Positions 39,059 to 48,710 of a stretch of DNA of 64,000 bases are shown here, in pieces. The stretch covers positions 62,001 to 126,000 of IMG/VR virus record IMGVR_UViG_3300048008_000449. The stretch is one strand, 5' to 3'. Under the pieces are notes generated by a model. It saw only the letters and a program-made list of their open reading frames with translations. It was not told the DNA's origin and searched no databases. Position numbers and translations under genes: made by a program. Within the stretch, counting starts at the first letter, position 1. Each line of letters starts with the position of its first letter.

Positions 39059-39144
39059 TGGTGCCTCCTCCCGGACTCGAACCGGGACGCCATTATGGCC
39101 ACAGATTTTAAGTCTGTTATGTCTACCTATTCCATCAAGGAGGC
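39059..39144 (-). tRNA. tRNA-Leu(TAA)
   Basis: Long variable arm; ACAGA-CTTAAAA-TCTGT; encoded CCA. Confidence 0.95.
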
Positions 39145-39149
39145 TAAAT

Positions 39150-39226
39150 TGGCCTGCTCTACAGGATTCGAACCTGTGACCTACTGCTTAGAAGGCAGTT
39201 GCTCTATCCAGCTGAGCTAAGAGCAG
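39150..39226 (-). tRNA. tRNA-Arg(TCT)
   Basis: ACTGC-CTTCTAA-GCAGT; encoded CCA. Confidence 0.95.
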
Positions 39227-39234
39227 ATAAGTGT

Positions 39235-39522
39235 TTATAGTTGTGTGGGTTCTCTCTTTGTAAGGTCTGTCATGGACTTGATAATGCTATCCACGTTTTC
39301 TTCGGTGAGGTATCCTTTGACAGTATCGCCTTGTTCGGTAATACTTGGTAGTGCTATCATTTTGTTATCTAAAAAGACACCAATTTCATATAGTCCACTT
39401 TTACCGCCATAGGATATGTCGCTTCGAACAATGCTTAGTTCGTAATGAGGGCCAAACTTTACAAGTGCTTGCACACCATTCGGAAATTTGGTTTCCTCCA
39501 TTTTGAGGTCTTTAAGTTTCAT
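39235..39522 (-). CDS. Hypothetical phage protein
   Basis: SYGGKSGLYEIGV...VKGYLT motif. Confidence 0.65.
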   Translation of the reverse strand: MKLKDLKMEETKFPNGVQALVKFGPHYELSIVRSDISYGGKSGLYEIGVFLDNKMIALPSITEQGDTVKGYLTEENVDSIIKSMTDLTKREPTQL

Positions 39523-39525
39523 GTT

Positions 39526-39705
39526 CTACTCTGTTGTTTCGAGGATTTTTAATTGCGAGTTTAGTTCTTCTATGTATTCTTCTAATGTACTTATTGTTGT
39601 GTATAAGTGTCCGGTGTCGTGTTCTTGTATACGACTCCGGATCACTTTCACTGTTTCCGTAAGTACTTCAATTTTGTTTAGAACCTCGCTATAGTCTACT
39701 ATCAT
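39526..39705 (-). CDS. Small coiled-coil protein (..DTGHLYTTIS..), not in the ORF track
   Basis: 59 aa, ATGA coupling. Confidence 0.6.
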   Translation of the reverse strand: MIVDYSEVLNKIEVLTETVKVIRSRIQEHDTGHLYTTISTLEEYIEELNSQLKILETTE

Positions 39706-39923
39706 TTAAAAAACTTTTCAAATTCTTCTGCAGCCTTTTGCTTTGTTTTACTTTTTGATTCAGTTTCATCGTATACGGGCTGTTTGTACATGTTAACGTA
39801 TTCAATTTCTTCTAGAATCTCAATTCTGTCCTTAACCTTCTGTAGTGCTGTACGGATAGACTCGTTGTCTACTTTGTTGATTTCATCATTTAAAATCTCT
39901 ACTATTTGTCTACTATTAATCAT
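39702..39923 (-). CDS. Hypothetical protein
   Basis: SD AGGAG; upstream TTGACA promoter. Confidence 0.6.
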   Translation of the reverse strand: MINSRQIVEILNDEINKVDNESIRTALQKVKDRIEILEEIEYVNMYKQPVYDETESKSKTKQKAAEEFEKFFK

Positions 39924-40093
39924 ATCCGCTCTCCTTAATTATGTTACTAATATAACATCTAATGTTCATAATGTCAACTTCTTTTTTATCTTATTTACTA
40001 GTTTATTACAGATGGTAAATAGTAATATACTTTGTTAATGATATTTATTATAAAACAAAATACCCACAAAGTCAACACCATAAAAGGAAAACA

Positions 40094-41452
40094 ATGAAAA
40101 ATTTTATATTACCACACGGGCCCGATAAACTTCCACAGGACTGTGGAATAGGGTGGTTACTCAACGACAAAATAAGTGATAAAATTGTAGAAGCAACTAC
40201 TGCTAATTTATTAGATTTTTATTCTATCAAATATAGAAAAATAAAACAAGTATCATCATATGACTTTGTAGACTTATGTCAGCAAGGGTTGGATAATGGA
40301 TTCACAAATATTATGATTATGAAACAAGGAATTATTTTACAAGACTTTATAGAAGCAACAAAACCTTATTGGGGTAAAGAATTTAAAGACTGTGTTATTG
40401 TAGGACATATATTAGATAGAGAAGAAGCATGGTGGCAACTACATCCACAATGTATGTGGATAGATCTTGAATGGTGGGCTGAATCAGGGAAACCTTTCTT
40501 TGGTGAGAGATTAGATGATATTGAATGGACAGCTACTAAGGTAGAACGTTCTAAAGAAACGTTAAGTGATCATCAAACATATAATCCAGTATCAATTAGT
40601 GCTACAGATGAAACAGTTGATGTAGTAGGACAACGTACAGGTTGGAACTTATTAAACACTGCATTATCGCAAGGCAAAAAAGTAGCTATGTGGGATAAAC
40701 ATCTACGCAATCAGAAAGAATACGTATATGGTGAAATGGATGATCATTATGAAAAGTTTCATATGGTTGGTGCAGAGTGTTGGGTAACAAGATGGTATTC
40801 TGCAAATACAGAAGACTTAGATACTGTTAGAAAAGATCAAGTGTGTTCAGCTGTGTTTAGTACATGTGGCGGACTAAGTCCTATTATAAATGCATACATA
40901 CAAGGTTTAAAACCAAATGGTAAATTAGTTTGTTACGATCAAGATGTTTTAGCATTACATATGCAAAGTCATATATTTAAAAATTGGGATGGAACTAATT
41001 GGGAACAATTTGTTACACAATATACATTAGATCATTTCATACAATCAATGTTTTTTACAAGACCTGAGAATTTAAAAATAGTAGATGAATATTTAAAAGA
41101 CCTTGGACAAGACTTTGTTGATTGGTGGAGAAAAGAAGCACAATCATTTAACGTTGATTTTAAAAGGTTAGATGTTATGAACATTAATAGATTACAAATG
41201 TTCTTAGATCAAGAAGTTAACAAATTAAAAGAAAACGAAAAAGTTTTTATTGACAGTAGTAATGCATACAATTACGAAGTTAATTCAGTATTGTATTCTC
41301 AGAACATAAGACTTAAATGTGAAAGAGATATGATAAAATACCTTAAAGGGTGTAATGGAAGAGTTATATGGAAAGGGTTTGATACTTTATTAATTAAAGA
41401 TCAACTGGCATATGAATATTTAAGAAAACTATTTCCTTGGCAAGAATTCTAA
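40094..41452 (+). CDS. Hypothetical protein, paralog of 60997..62097
   Basis: 452 aa; shared IGWL, GGLxPI, SN..Y and FPWQ motifs. Confidence 0.7.
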   Translation: MKNFILPHGPDKLPQDCGIGWLLNDKISDKIVEATTANLLDFYSIKYRKIKQVSSYDFVDLCQQGLDNGFTNIMIMKQGIILQDFIEATKPYWGKEFKDCVIVGHILDREEAWWQLHPQCMWIDLEWWAESGKPFFGERLDDIEWTATKVERSKETLSDHQTYNPVSISATDETVDVVGQRTGWNLLNTALSQGKKVAMWDKHLRNQKEYVYGEMDDHYEKFHMVGAECWVTRWYSANTEDLDTVRKDQVCSAVFSTCGGLSPIINAYIQGLKPNGKLVCYDQDVLALHMQSHIFKNWDGTNWEQFVTQYTLDHFIQSMFFTRPENLKIVDEYLKDLGQDFVDWWRKEAQSFNVDFKRLDVMNINRLQMFLDQEVNKLKENEKVFIDSSNAYNYEVNSVLYSQNIRLKCERDMIKYLKGCNGRVIWKGFDTLLIKDQLAYEYLRKLFPWQEF

Positions 41453-41806
41453 ACCAAATTCCCTATCAATATATTTGTGATCTATTTTTATTGGGTTGTA
41501 TTGTTCAAGCCATTTAAATACTATTTCAGGATCAAATGGTCCACAAGTATAAACGTCTAATTGCATTAATGCAGGATCACATTCGTCCCATGTGTGCAAT
41601 ACTATATGTGAAGTTTCTATAATTGTTGCAACTGTAAGTCCTCTGTTGCCAACCATATCTACATATTTTGCAAATGGCCCCATAAGTATTTTCATACCTA
41701 TATCTTCGATCAGAGTTTTTACTTGGTTGCTAGTATGAGTTTCATCACTTGGCGGATTAAGCACTTCCGCTCTAATTATAATGTGCTTATGAACGATATG
41801 GGTCAC
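41429..41806 (-). CDS. speD: S-adenosylmethionine decarboxylase proenzyme
   Basis: IETSHIVLHTW (pyruvoyl-forming Ser) and DVYTC; GTG start 5 nt after TAAATA. Confidence 0.85.
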   Translation of the reverse strand: MTHIVHKHIIIRAEVLNPPSDETHTSNQVKTLIEDIGMKILMGPFAKYVDMVGNRGLTVATIIETSHIVLHTWDECDPALMQLDVYTCGPFDPEIVFKWLEQYNPIKIDHKYIDREFGLEFLPRK

Positions 41807-41823
41807 AAGTATATTTATGAATT

Positions 41824-41900
41824 TGGCGGACCCGAGAGGATTCGAACCTCTGACCTCCTGTTTCGTAGACAGGCATTCTATCCAGCTGAACTACGGGTCC
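41824..41900 (-). tRNA. tRNA-Arg(ACG)
   Basis: CCTGT-CTACGAA-ACAGG; encoded CCA; upstream sigma70-like promoter. Confidence 0.95.
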
Positions 41901-41957
41901 ATTAATTATAATAACATAATGAGACTAGAAGTCAACCTTAAAAATGTATTGGAAATA

Positions 41958-41986
41958 TGCGGGCTTTTGTTCGAAGGTGCCCGCAA
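41958..41986. terminator. Intrinsic terminator candidate
   Basis: tgcgggc...gcccgca hairpin downstream of the OMP gene. Confidence 0.55.
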
Positions 41987-41997
41987 ACCTTATAAAT

Positions 41998-42594
41998 TTA
42001 GAACGATACAGTTAGTTTAACACCAACTTCACGATCAGTTTTGTCCCAATCGTTATTCATTGATTGCTTGATACCTGCTTTTAATGAAGTAGCATCAGTT
42101 AATCTCAAAGATGTACCAATTTCTGCAAATGGTGTATCTCTGTTGATGTCTGTATAATCACCTTCGATTGATTTTAGACCGTAGCCTAATTCACCGTATG
42201 GTGTAAAGTTAGCGATACTTGTTTTAACTCCAACTTTTGGTGTTAAATGTAATTCGCTTTTAGTAAAACTATCGCCCCAATTGTACTCAGCTTCACCTGT
42301 TACATATGCTGTTGCAAGTGTAGATTCTGCTGAACCCAACGGCATGGAAATAGTTTTACCAACAGATACATTATAGTCTCTGTTTGTACCGTTATCTGAT
42401 AACTGTACGCCTAGATCTAAAGAACCGTTAGTGTTATACACACTTACTGATCTTGTAGTATCGTTTGTTGATAATTCAACACCATAAACAGAGCCTTCAG
42501 CAGCCATTGTTAATGATGTATTATCATAATCGTCTGCGATAGCCGTAGACGAGATAAAGGCAGCCATGGCTGCTGTAATGATTAAATTTCTCAT
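41998..42594 (-). CDS. Outer-membrane beta-barrel protein
   Basis: Signal peptide (AIA-D), amphipathic strands, C-terminal Phe (VKLTVSF). Confidence 0.75.
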   Translation of the reverse strand: MRNLIITAAMAAFISSTAIADDYDNTSLTMAAEGSVYGVELSTNDTTRSVSVYNTNGSLDLGVQLSDNGTNRDYNVSVGKTISMPLGSAESTLATAYVTGEAEYNWGDSFTKSELHLTPKVGVKTSIANFTPYGELGYGLKSIEGDYTDINRDTPFAEIGTSLRLTDATSLKAGIKQSMNNDWDKTDREVGVKLTVSF

Positions 42595-42614
42595 AAATGT
42601 TCCTTAATTTATAA

Positions 42615-42928
42615 AATGGTCCCATCTTCGTTAATGGAGGCACTTCTGTTGCCAGGTAGTACCCACCCCTACGTGCTTAGTTAAACTAAGCCGCTAATGC
42701 CATTTCTGGCGAATAATTGTCATTTGCAATTATAGTTTTTGTTCGCGGTAACGGCGCTTACATCCCGGTAACTCCACTCATCTATCCTAACAGTCGATCC
42801 TAGTTCAGCCCCATCAAAAACACACTTACAAGCAGTGATTCAATATCTCATCTATAAATGTGTTTATGGTGGAGCTGCTCGGTACTGCCCCGAGGTCCTG
42901 TCTAGTCGTCAAATCGCTTCAACGTTAC
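42615..42928 (-). ncRNA. ssrA: Two-piece (circularly permuted) tmRNA, alphaproteobacterial type; tag (A)ANDNYSPEMALAA
   Basis: Acceptor piece ...GGGGCAGTACCGAGCAGCTCCACCA (CCA at 42867), hairpin spacer, GGGGCTGAACTAGGATCGAC starting 42812 (G3:U70), tag ORF 42727-42686; TATAAATA at 42935-42942; outer ends approximate. Confidence 0.93.
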
Positions 42929-42951
42929 AAGTTATATTTATACACTCTTGT

Positions 42952-43458
42952 TTATGTTTTGTCAACCTTTTTAAAGACATATTCAAAATTTTGTGTATTT
43001 GGATTATGTTGTACTAATTTTGCACCATTGCTAATATGAAAATGTGTAGCCATTGGTGTAAGTGGAGAAAGTGTAACCAAACGTTCAATATCATTTTTAT
43101 CTTTATAATAATCTTTTAGTTTAGCTACAATTTCTCTGCCAGCTCCTTTTTTACGTGACCATACTGTGTATGCAACTGCTATACTAGCATCATCAAGTAA
43201 ATTAGCATTCTGGCTTATAATGTTTAGTTCTCTTTCACTTTGTGGAATATCGTTACAATATGCAATGCATATAATACCTTGTATCTCATCATTGGCTTTT
43301 AGACCAAATATTTTTCTACCAAATGATGTTCTAAATTCCATATCTAAATTAGGCCTTACTGGATCTTCAGAACAATCTATGTCAGTTAGTTCAACTAGCT
43401 CACTAGATGATACCCACTTAAAGAAGTTATCAATTGAATCTTTAATTACTTTCAACAA
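42952..43458 (-). CDS. Hypothetical protein, GNAT-like
   Basis: YTVWS.KKGAGR, VTLSP...FHISNGA. Confidence 0.55.
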   Translation of the reverse strand: MLKVIKDSIDNFFKWVSSSELVELTDIDCSEDPVRPNLDMEFRTSFGRKIFGLKANDEIQGIICIAYCNDIPQSERELNIISQNANLLDDASIAVAYTVWSRKKGAGREIVAKLKDYYKDKNDIERLVTLSPLTPMATHFHISNGAKLVQHNPNTQNFEYVFKKVDKT

Positions 43459-43464
43459 TTACTC

Positions 43465-43998
43465 CTATAGAGACGCAAACACATTATCAGGGGATGTTTC
43501 TCCATATGGATCTGGATCTGAATCGTTTACGTATCCTGGTTCAATAAACATTTTTGTAATTGTTCCGTTATCAACAATCATTGCATAACGCCAACTACGC
43601 ATACCAAAGCCACGATTGTTAAATGTAACATCCATTCCCATACCTTTAGTAAAGTCGCCGTTTCCATCTGGAATAACTTTGACATTTTTTAAGTTTTGTG
43701 AATCACGCCATGCATTCATAACAAAAGCGTCATTAACACTAATGCAATAAATATCATCTACACCTTTGTCATAAAACTTCTGTGCATCCAATTCAAAGCC
43801 TGGAAGTTGAAATGTAGAGCAAGTAGGTGTAAATGCTCCAGGTAAACTAAACACAATAACTTTCTTGTTATTAAAAATTTCATCAGTAGATAAATCTGCC
43901 CACGTTGATGGCACAATTTCACAATTGTTAGATTCAGCATTTGGATCTGCTACTCTAACTCTAAATGACACTGATGGTACGGTCGTATTTTCTGTCAT
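43465..43998 (-). CDS. Peroxiredoxin (Prx5 type)
   Basis: PGAFTPTCS, SVNDAFVM, RSWRY. Confidence 0.92.
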   Translation of the reverse strand: MTENTTVPSVSFRVRVADPNAESNNCEIVPSTWADLSTDEIFNNKKVIVFSLPGAFTPTCSTFQLPGFELDAQKFYDKGVDDIYCISVNDAFVMNAWRDSQNLKNVKVIPDGNGDFTKGMGMDVTFNNRGFGMRSWRYAMIVDNGTITKMFIEPGYVNDSDPDPYGETSPDNVFASL

Positions 43999-44093
43999 TG
44001 ATGTTCTCCTATAGTTAATCAATTGTCATAATTATAAGGTGTTTTTTACATAAAGTCAAGCATTTTTATAGTTTTTTAATAAATAGTTATAAT

Positions 44094-44405
44094 ATGTTAG
44101 AATCAGAAGTATTACATTTTCAACAATTTATATCACCAATTCTAGGATTAGTGTTTACTGGAATAGTAGCACTATGGATTAAAGATCTGGTAGGCGATTT
44201 AGTAGCAAGCATACGTTGGAAAATGAAGCCAGGATTTGAACCAGGTGATGTTGTATATTTAGATGGTGAAAGAGCTACTATTATTAGTATAGGATATAGA
44301 GAAACTATATTTGAAGTTGATAATGGAAGAGGCAAAGTATGGAGATATATTTACAATACTCGTATTCCTACACACAGATTGGAGAAGTTGATTCATGAAA
44401 AATAA
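44094..44405 (+). CDS. Small membrane protein with MscS-like beta domain
   Basis: TM helix, then FEPGDVVYLDG...IISIG..T. Confidence 0.55.
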   Translation: MLESEVLHFQQFISPILGLVFTGIVALWIKDLVGDLVASIRWKMKPGFEPGDVVYLDGERATIISIGYRETIFEVDNGRGKVWRYIYNTRIPTHRLEKLIHEK

Positions 44406-45150
44406 AACTATAAATTGGAGCCTTGCAGAATTATGTGCATGGATATGTGAATATGCATATGAAGATAAGCAAGCAATGAAAACATACCTATCTGCTAACA
44501 AAATAAAACATACAAATTTAAAATTCTTTGAACAAGATAACGCACAAGCATATGGAATTACAATGCATGATTATATTGTTATTGCATTTAGAGGAACAGA
44601 GCCACATCAATTTAAAGATATCTTAGCTGATATCAAAGCATGGCCTGCTGATGCAGAAACAAAAGGACATGTACATTCAGGATTCAAAGGCGAATTAGAT
44701 AAACTATATCCTAATATTATAAAGTGGTTAGGTAAAAAAGTAACTACTAAAAAAATTGTAATTACTGGACATAGTTTAGGAGCTGCAATGGCAACTATAT
44801 GTGCAAGTAGATTTCATCAGTTAGGTGCTGATCAAGTATTATATACTTACGGATGTCCTAGAACAGGAAATAAAGAATGGGGTAAACAATTTGATGACAT
44901 AGAAGCATATCGTTTTGTTAATAACAATGATATTGTATGCCAAGTTCCACCATTTGGATATTATTCACACATAGGTGAATTATACTATATGTCTTATACT
45001 AATCGTATTAGTAACAAAATGAATTGGTGGCAACGTTTTGGAGATAAAGTAAGAGGAAGATGCAAAGCATGGAGTAAGTTTGAATTCTTCGATAGTTTAT
45101 ATGATCACCTAGGTGCTCATTACATTAAAAAAATTACTTCTCGTAAATAA
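44395..45150 (+). CDS. Class 3 lipase
   Basis: AFRGT, VHSGF, GHSLG, DIV..VP, C-terminal His. Confidence 0.9.
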   Translation: MKNKTINWSLAELCAWICEYAYEDKQAMKTYLSANKIKHTNLKFFEQDNAQAYGITMHDYIVIAFRGTEPHQFKDILADIKAWPADAETKGHVHSGFKGELDKLYPNIIKWLGKKVTTKKIVITGHSLGAAMATICASRFHQLGADQVLYTYGCPRTGNKEWGKQFDDIEAYRFVNNNDIVCQVPPFGYYSHIGELYYMSYTNRISNKMNWWQRFGDKVRGRCKAWSKFEFFDSLYDHLGAHYIKKITSRK

Positions 45151-46108
45151 GTTGTGTTTCATCAATACCGTGTTTCCACGTACCTTCTAAACTTTTAACA
45201 ACACAAGATCCCATTTTATTAATTGTAAGTTCTAATTGTTCTTGACTACCTACGAGTTCTGCTTTTAATACAGAATAACATGGTTGTGGATTCTTTTCTA
45301 TGGCAAGTATACACATATGTTCTAATCCATTATAACGCCAATTGTAACCAATACGTGTATCTTTGCCTTCAATAAATCCATCGTAACGTATTACATCCCA
45401 TAATATAAACTTAACTTTATCTGGCTCTGCTTCTAATACTTTTTCATTGCTAGTTTCTGCAATTTTAGGACCATCTGCAACAACTGCATGTCCGTCATAA
45501 ACAGTACTTTGTCCTTGTGCTAGATTTTTAAATTGTTCGTCATACATATCCCAACCAAGTATTGCATTACCATCTTTATCATTATAGGTAACTGTATCAT
45601 TGTGTATAATAATATTAATACGCAAACCTCTAGAACATTGCTGTACTGAAGCTGGAAATAATTCAAATGATTTGTAATCTTGTGTGGAAGGTGTGCTTAT
45701 AGGATAGCCCATTATTAATCCGGGCCATACTTTGTTAATTGTATCTATTTCTAAACCTAAGTCTAAATCTTGTCTGATTACAGATACAAATATTGGAGCA
45801 TCATATTGATTCATATGTTGCATAGCCATATTACATGAAAAGTACTTTTCTTTTTCAGTGTACTTCTCTTGAATAATATCATCTATTATGTGAGTGAATT
45901 TTGCAATACCCATACCAAACTTTTTACCCATTCGCTTTGGAGTAAAATCTGGCATGTTGAGATTGATCCACGGATTATAAGAAATACTTATAATCCGCTT
46001 CAATATAACTTCTTTGCTGTATTGCTCTAAGATATCTAGTTTATCTTCTTGCGAAGGAGCTACAGTTAAATTTTGTATAATTTCTGATAATAGATGTATT
46101 TTGCTCAT
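45134..46108 (-). CDS. T4 gp30-like DNA ligase paralog lacking KxDG and the OB domain, likely inactive
   Basis: YNP, DLDLG..TINKVWPGLI, YDG, LWDVI, VVKS..G.W; motif I reads QQCSRG. Confidence 0.6.
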   Translation of the reverse strand: MSKIHLLSEIIQNLTVAPSQEDKLDILEQYSKEVILKRIISISYNPWINLNMPDFTPKRMGKKFGMGIAKFTHIIDDIIQEKYTEKEKYFSCNMAMQHMNQYDAPIFVSVIRQDLDLGLEIDTINKVWPGLIMGYPISTPSTQDYKSFELFPASVQQCSRGLRINIIIHNDTVTYNDKDGNAILGWDMYDEQFKNLAQGQSTVYDGHAVVADGPKIAETSNEKVLEAEPDKVKFILWDVIRYDGFIEGKDTRIGYNWRYNGLEHMCILAIEKNPQPCYSVLKAELVGSQEQLELTINKMGSCVVKSLEGTWKHGIDETQLIYEK

Positions 46109-46187
46109 ACAACTATTTATGCGATTAAAACTATACTTTATTTTGGTTTATTAATAAACTCAAGTTCGTCATCAGTGTAAGGCCACA

Positions 46188-46442
46188 TTATGATGATTCC
46201 TTGTTTTTATCTGTTGTATAACCAAATCTTCCTCTGTAAACTTTACCACCATTTGCGATATACGTGATATCACCTCTACAAATACCAATGTCATTTAATT
46301 CGTATTCAGTTAATTGTGAAAGAGCTTTATAAGTTGCATTACGACTTGAACGTCTTGCTCTTGCTTCTAGAAATGCATCAAATGCATTTCTAACTTTGTC
46401 GCAAATTGCACAATAAGTTTTTGTTAGTGTTAGTGTTGTCAT
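46188..46442 (-). CDS. DUF1127 (YjiS-like) protein
   Basis: RR..T.KALSQLTEYELNDIGICRGDI. Confidence 0.85.
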   Translation of the reverse strand: MTTLTLTKTYCAICDKVRNAFDAFLEARARRSSRNATYKALSQLTEYELNDIGICRGDITYIANGGKVYRGRFGYTTDKNKESS

Positions 46443-46660
46443 TTTGCTTTTCTCGCTTCAATTTCTTCACGTACTTCTGCAAGTTCTAACATTAACGCTT
46501 TTGCTTCTGCATAGTACCCTTGTCTTGCAAGTTCACTAGCGGCTTTTGATCTGCCTGCTTGTTCACCCATCTCAATTAATCGTGCAAATACTGCACTAAT
46601 TTTTTCGCCAATTACTTCACATAATCTGCATGTTGTTCTGTATACTGTTGCTGTAGTCAT
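46439..46660 (-). CDS. Small protein with N-terminal CxxC similar to its DUF1127 neighbour
   Basis: MTTATVYRTTCRLC vs MTTLTLTKTYCAIC. Confidence 0.6.
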   Translation of the reverse strand: MTTATVYRTTCRLCEVIGEKISAVFARLIEMGEQAGRSKAASELARQGYYAEAKALMLELAEVREEIEARKAK

Positions 46661-46662
46661 TG

Positions 46663-46866
46663 TTAGATCCATCCTGTAAGGTTTTTATTAATTAAGTCAG
46701 CTCTATATTTAGGTCCCTGACCTCCGTTTGCTCGCATGTATTCATATGCATACGACCAGTCTTTACCGTATTCTGTTTTTGCGTAAGTCATTAGATTCTG
46801 GTCGATAGCCACACGAGTCTTACCGCCAAATATCAATGACCAAGCACTAAAAAAGTGTTTTATCAT
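46663..46866 (-). CDS. Small hypothetical protein
   Basis: YAKTEYGKDWSYAY motif; SD GGAG. Confidence 0.65.
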   Translation of the reverse strand: MIKHFFSAWSLIFGGKTRVAIDQNLMTYAKTEYGKDWSYAYEYMRANGGQGPKYRADLINKNLTGWI

Positions 46867-46884
46867 TTGTATTCTCCGTTATGT

Positions 46885-47090
46885 ATGTGGATGTTTTTGG
46901 GAAAGCATCCAATTGTTTTGCCAGTCTCTCCTGGCCGCTACCACTGCGCCTATGTTGCCACTGCGCCACTTGTAAGGCATGGGTTATGCCCTGGTCTTTC
47001 CCGAGTGCCACTCATTTTTTCTAAGCTGAGGTCGCTTTGTGCTACTTTGCACATGTAAATTACTGTACAACGTTGTACGGTTTTATTACA
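46885..47090 (-). ncRNA. Candidate structured RNA leader with hairpins and repeated AGTGG
   Basis: GC-rich non-coding island with at least 5 hairpins, downstream of TAAATA (47095-47100). Confidence 0.6.
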
Positions 47091-47179
47091 CATCTATTTA
47101 TCATTTAGACCGATAAAAAGTAAGTAAGTATTGTTGCACTATACGCATTTACGAATTGCGTGTAGAGCATGACTCAATA

Positions 47180-48304
47180 TCATTTAGTTGTTGTACTCTC
47201 ATAGGTACGATTAAACTGATTATGTACTGTTACAAATGTTGTACATTTACTGAGTTGTTTTAATTTTAATGCACCTGCATATGTGCAAGTACTGCGTAAT
47301 CCGCCTAGTAGATCTTGAATAGTACTTTCAACATGTCCACGATATGGAACAAGTACTTCTCTACCTTCACTACTACGATAATCTTTTAGGCCACCAAAGT
47401 GTTTTGTGTTTGCGGCATCACTGCTCATACCGTAAAACTGTACGAACTTCTTTTCTTGTACTTTATGTTTACGATTATTTAGATGCTCGCCAATTTCATA
47501 TTCTAATTCATTTGTTTCATAGAACTTTGTAATTACTTCGCCGCCGCCTTGATCATGCCCAGCAAGCATACCACCAAGCATAACAAAATCTGCTCCACCT
47601 GCAAAGGCCTTAGCGACATCGCCAGGGCAAGTACACCCACCGTCAGCAATAATGTGACCCCCAAGTCCATGGGCGGCATCTGCACACTCGATAACCGCAG
47701 ATAACTGCGGGTATCCAACACCAGTTTGTATCCTAGTAGTGCAAACAGAGCCGGGACCAATACCCACTTTAACAATATCAGCTCCACTTAAAATTAACTC
47801 CTCTGTCATTTCTCCGGTAACTACGTTACCTGCTATAATTACTAAGTCTGGAAATTGATCACGTACTTTACGAACACGTGCCGCAAAATGATCACTATAA
47901 CCATTAGCAATATCCATACATATATATTTTAATTGATTAGTATCTGCTTGTACACTAACTAACTTTAAAAAGTCAGCATCACTTGTACCAATACTCATAG
48001 CGACATTTTGTGCTCGTCTACTATCTGGGTAATCGTTATTAAAAAATTCTACAAGTTGTTCTGCTGAATAAGTCTTAACTAGGCAAGTAAAGATACCTTG
48101 TTGTGCAAGAGTGTCTGCCATTTCAAACGTACCAACACCATCCATGTTAGCGGCCATAATAGGAACACCTTCATATTCTGCTTTACTGTTTCTAAATTTA
48201 AACTTGCGTTCTAGCCTTACTTGTTTACGTGATACAAGTGTTGAACGTTTGGGACGAATCAATACATCACTATAATCTAGTTTTACTTCGTTTTCAATTC
48301 TCAT
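47180..48304 (-). CDS. guaC: GMP reductase
   Basis: [37 protein letters not shown]. Confidence 0.95.
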   Translation of the reverse strand: MRIENEVKLDYSDVLIRPKRSTLVSRKQVRLERKFKFRNSKAEYEGVPIMAANMDGVGTFEMADTLAQQGIFTCLVKTYSAEQLVEFFNNDYPDSRRAQNVAMSIGTSDADFLKLVSVQADTNQLKYICMDIANGYSDHFAARVRKVRDQFPDLVIIAGNVVTGEMTEELILSGADIVKVGIGPGSVCTTRIQTGVGYPQLSAVIECADAAHGLGGHIIADGGCTCPGDVAKAFAGGADFVMLGGMLAGHDQGGGEVITKFYETNELEYEIGEHLNNRKHKVQEKKFVQFYGMSSDAANTKHFGGLKDYRSSEGREVLVPYRGHVESTIQDLLGGLRSTCTYAGALKLKQLSKCTTFVTVHNQFNRTYESTTTK

Positions 48305-48710
48305 TATTACATACCCTTTTTCTTAAATCTGTTGTGCTAAATCTGTGATCTCTTTTATTAAAGTGTAACTCAATGCCACGCTTACGACATACATCTTTTC
48401 CAGTAAATTCTTTTTCTTTATATTCGTCGCCTAAGAATCTAACATCTAACTGAAACAGCTCTAATATATCAATTAAATCTTGTTCAGTTTGATATGGTAC
48501 AATCTCATCTACAAACTTTAATGCATTTAGTTGTGCATAACGTTCTACCATTGTTTGTATAGGCTTATTTTTTGTATCTGGACGATCAATAGTTGGATCA
48601 CTTTGCAATCCTACAATTAAAATATCACAGTTTGCTTTTGCTTCTCTGAGCATGCCTATATGACCTGCGTGTAACAAATCAAATGTACTACATGTAAATC
48701 CTATTCTCAT
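48294..48710 (-). CDS. Cytidylyltransferase (TagD-like, HIGH fold)
   Basis: [13 protein letters not shown]. Confidence 0.88.
   Translation of the reverse strand: MRIGFTCSTFDLLHAGHIGMLREAKANCDILIVGLQSDPTIDRPDTKNKPIQTMVERYAQLNALKFVDEIVPYQTEQDLIDILELFQLDVRFLGDEYKEKEFTGKDVCRKRGIELHFNKRDHRFSTTDLRKRVCNNEN

Noticed and set aside
39026-39220. Plus-strand ORFs over tRNA/tmRNA genes (also 41723..42020 and 42835..43017)
   Set aside because: They overlap clear RNA genes on the minus strand
46885-47030. Glycine or cobalamin riboswitch (GGAGAGAC-like motifs)
   Set aside because: Lacks the CCGAAG/CTCTCAGG glycine core and the B12-box context; kept as an unassigned RNA
46855-47058. 67-aa plus-strand ORF over the GC-rich island
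   Set aside because: Opposite to local transcription with atypical composition; better explained as structured RNA
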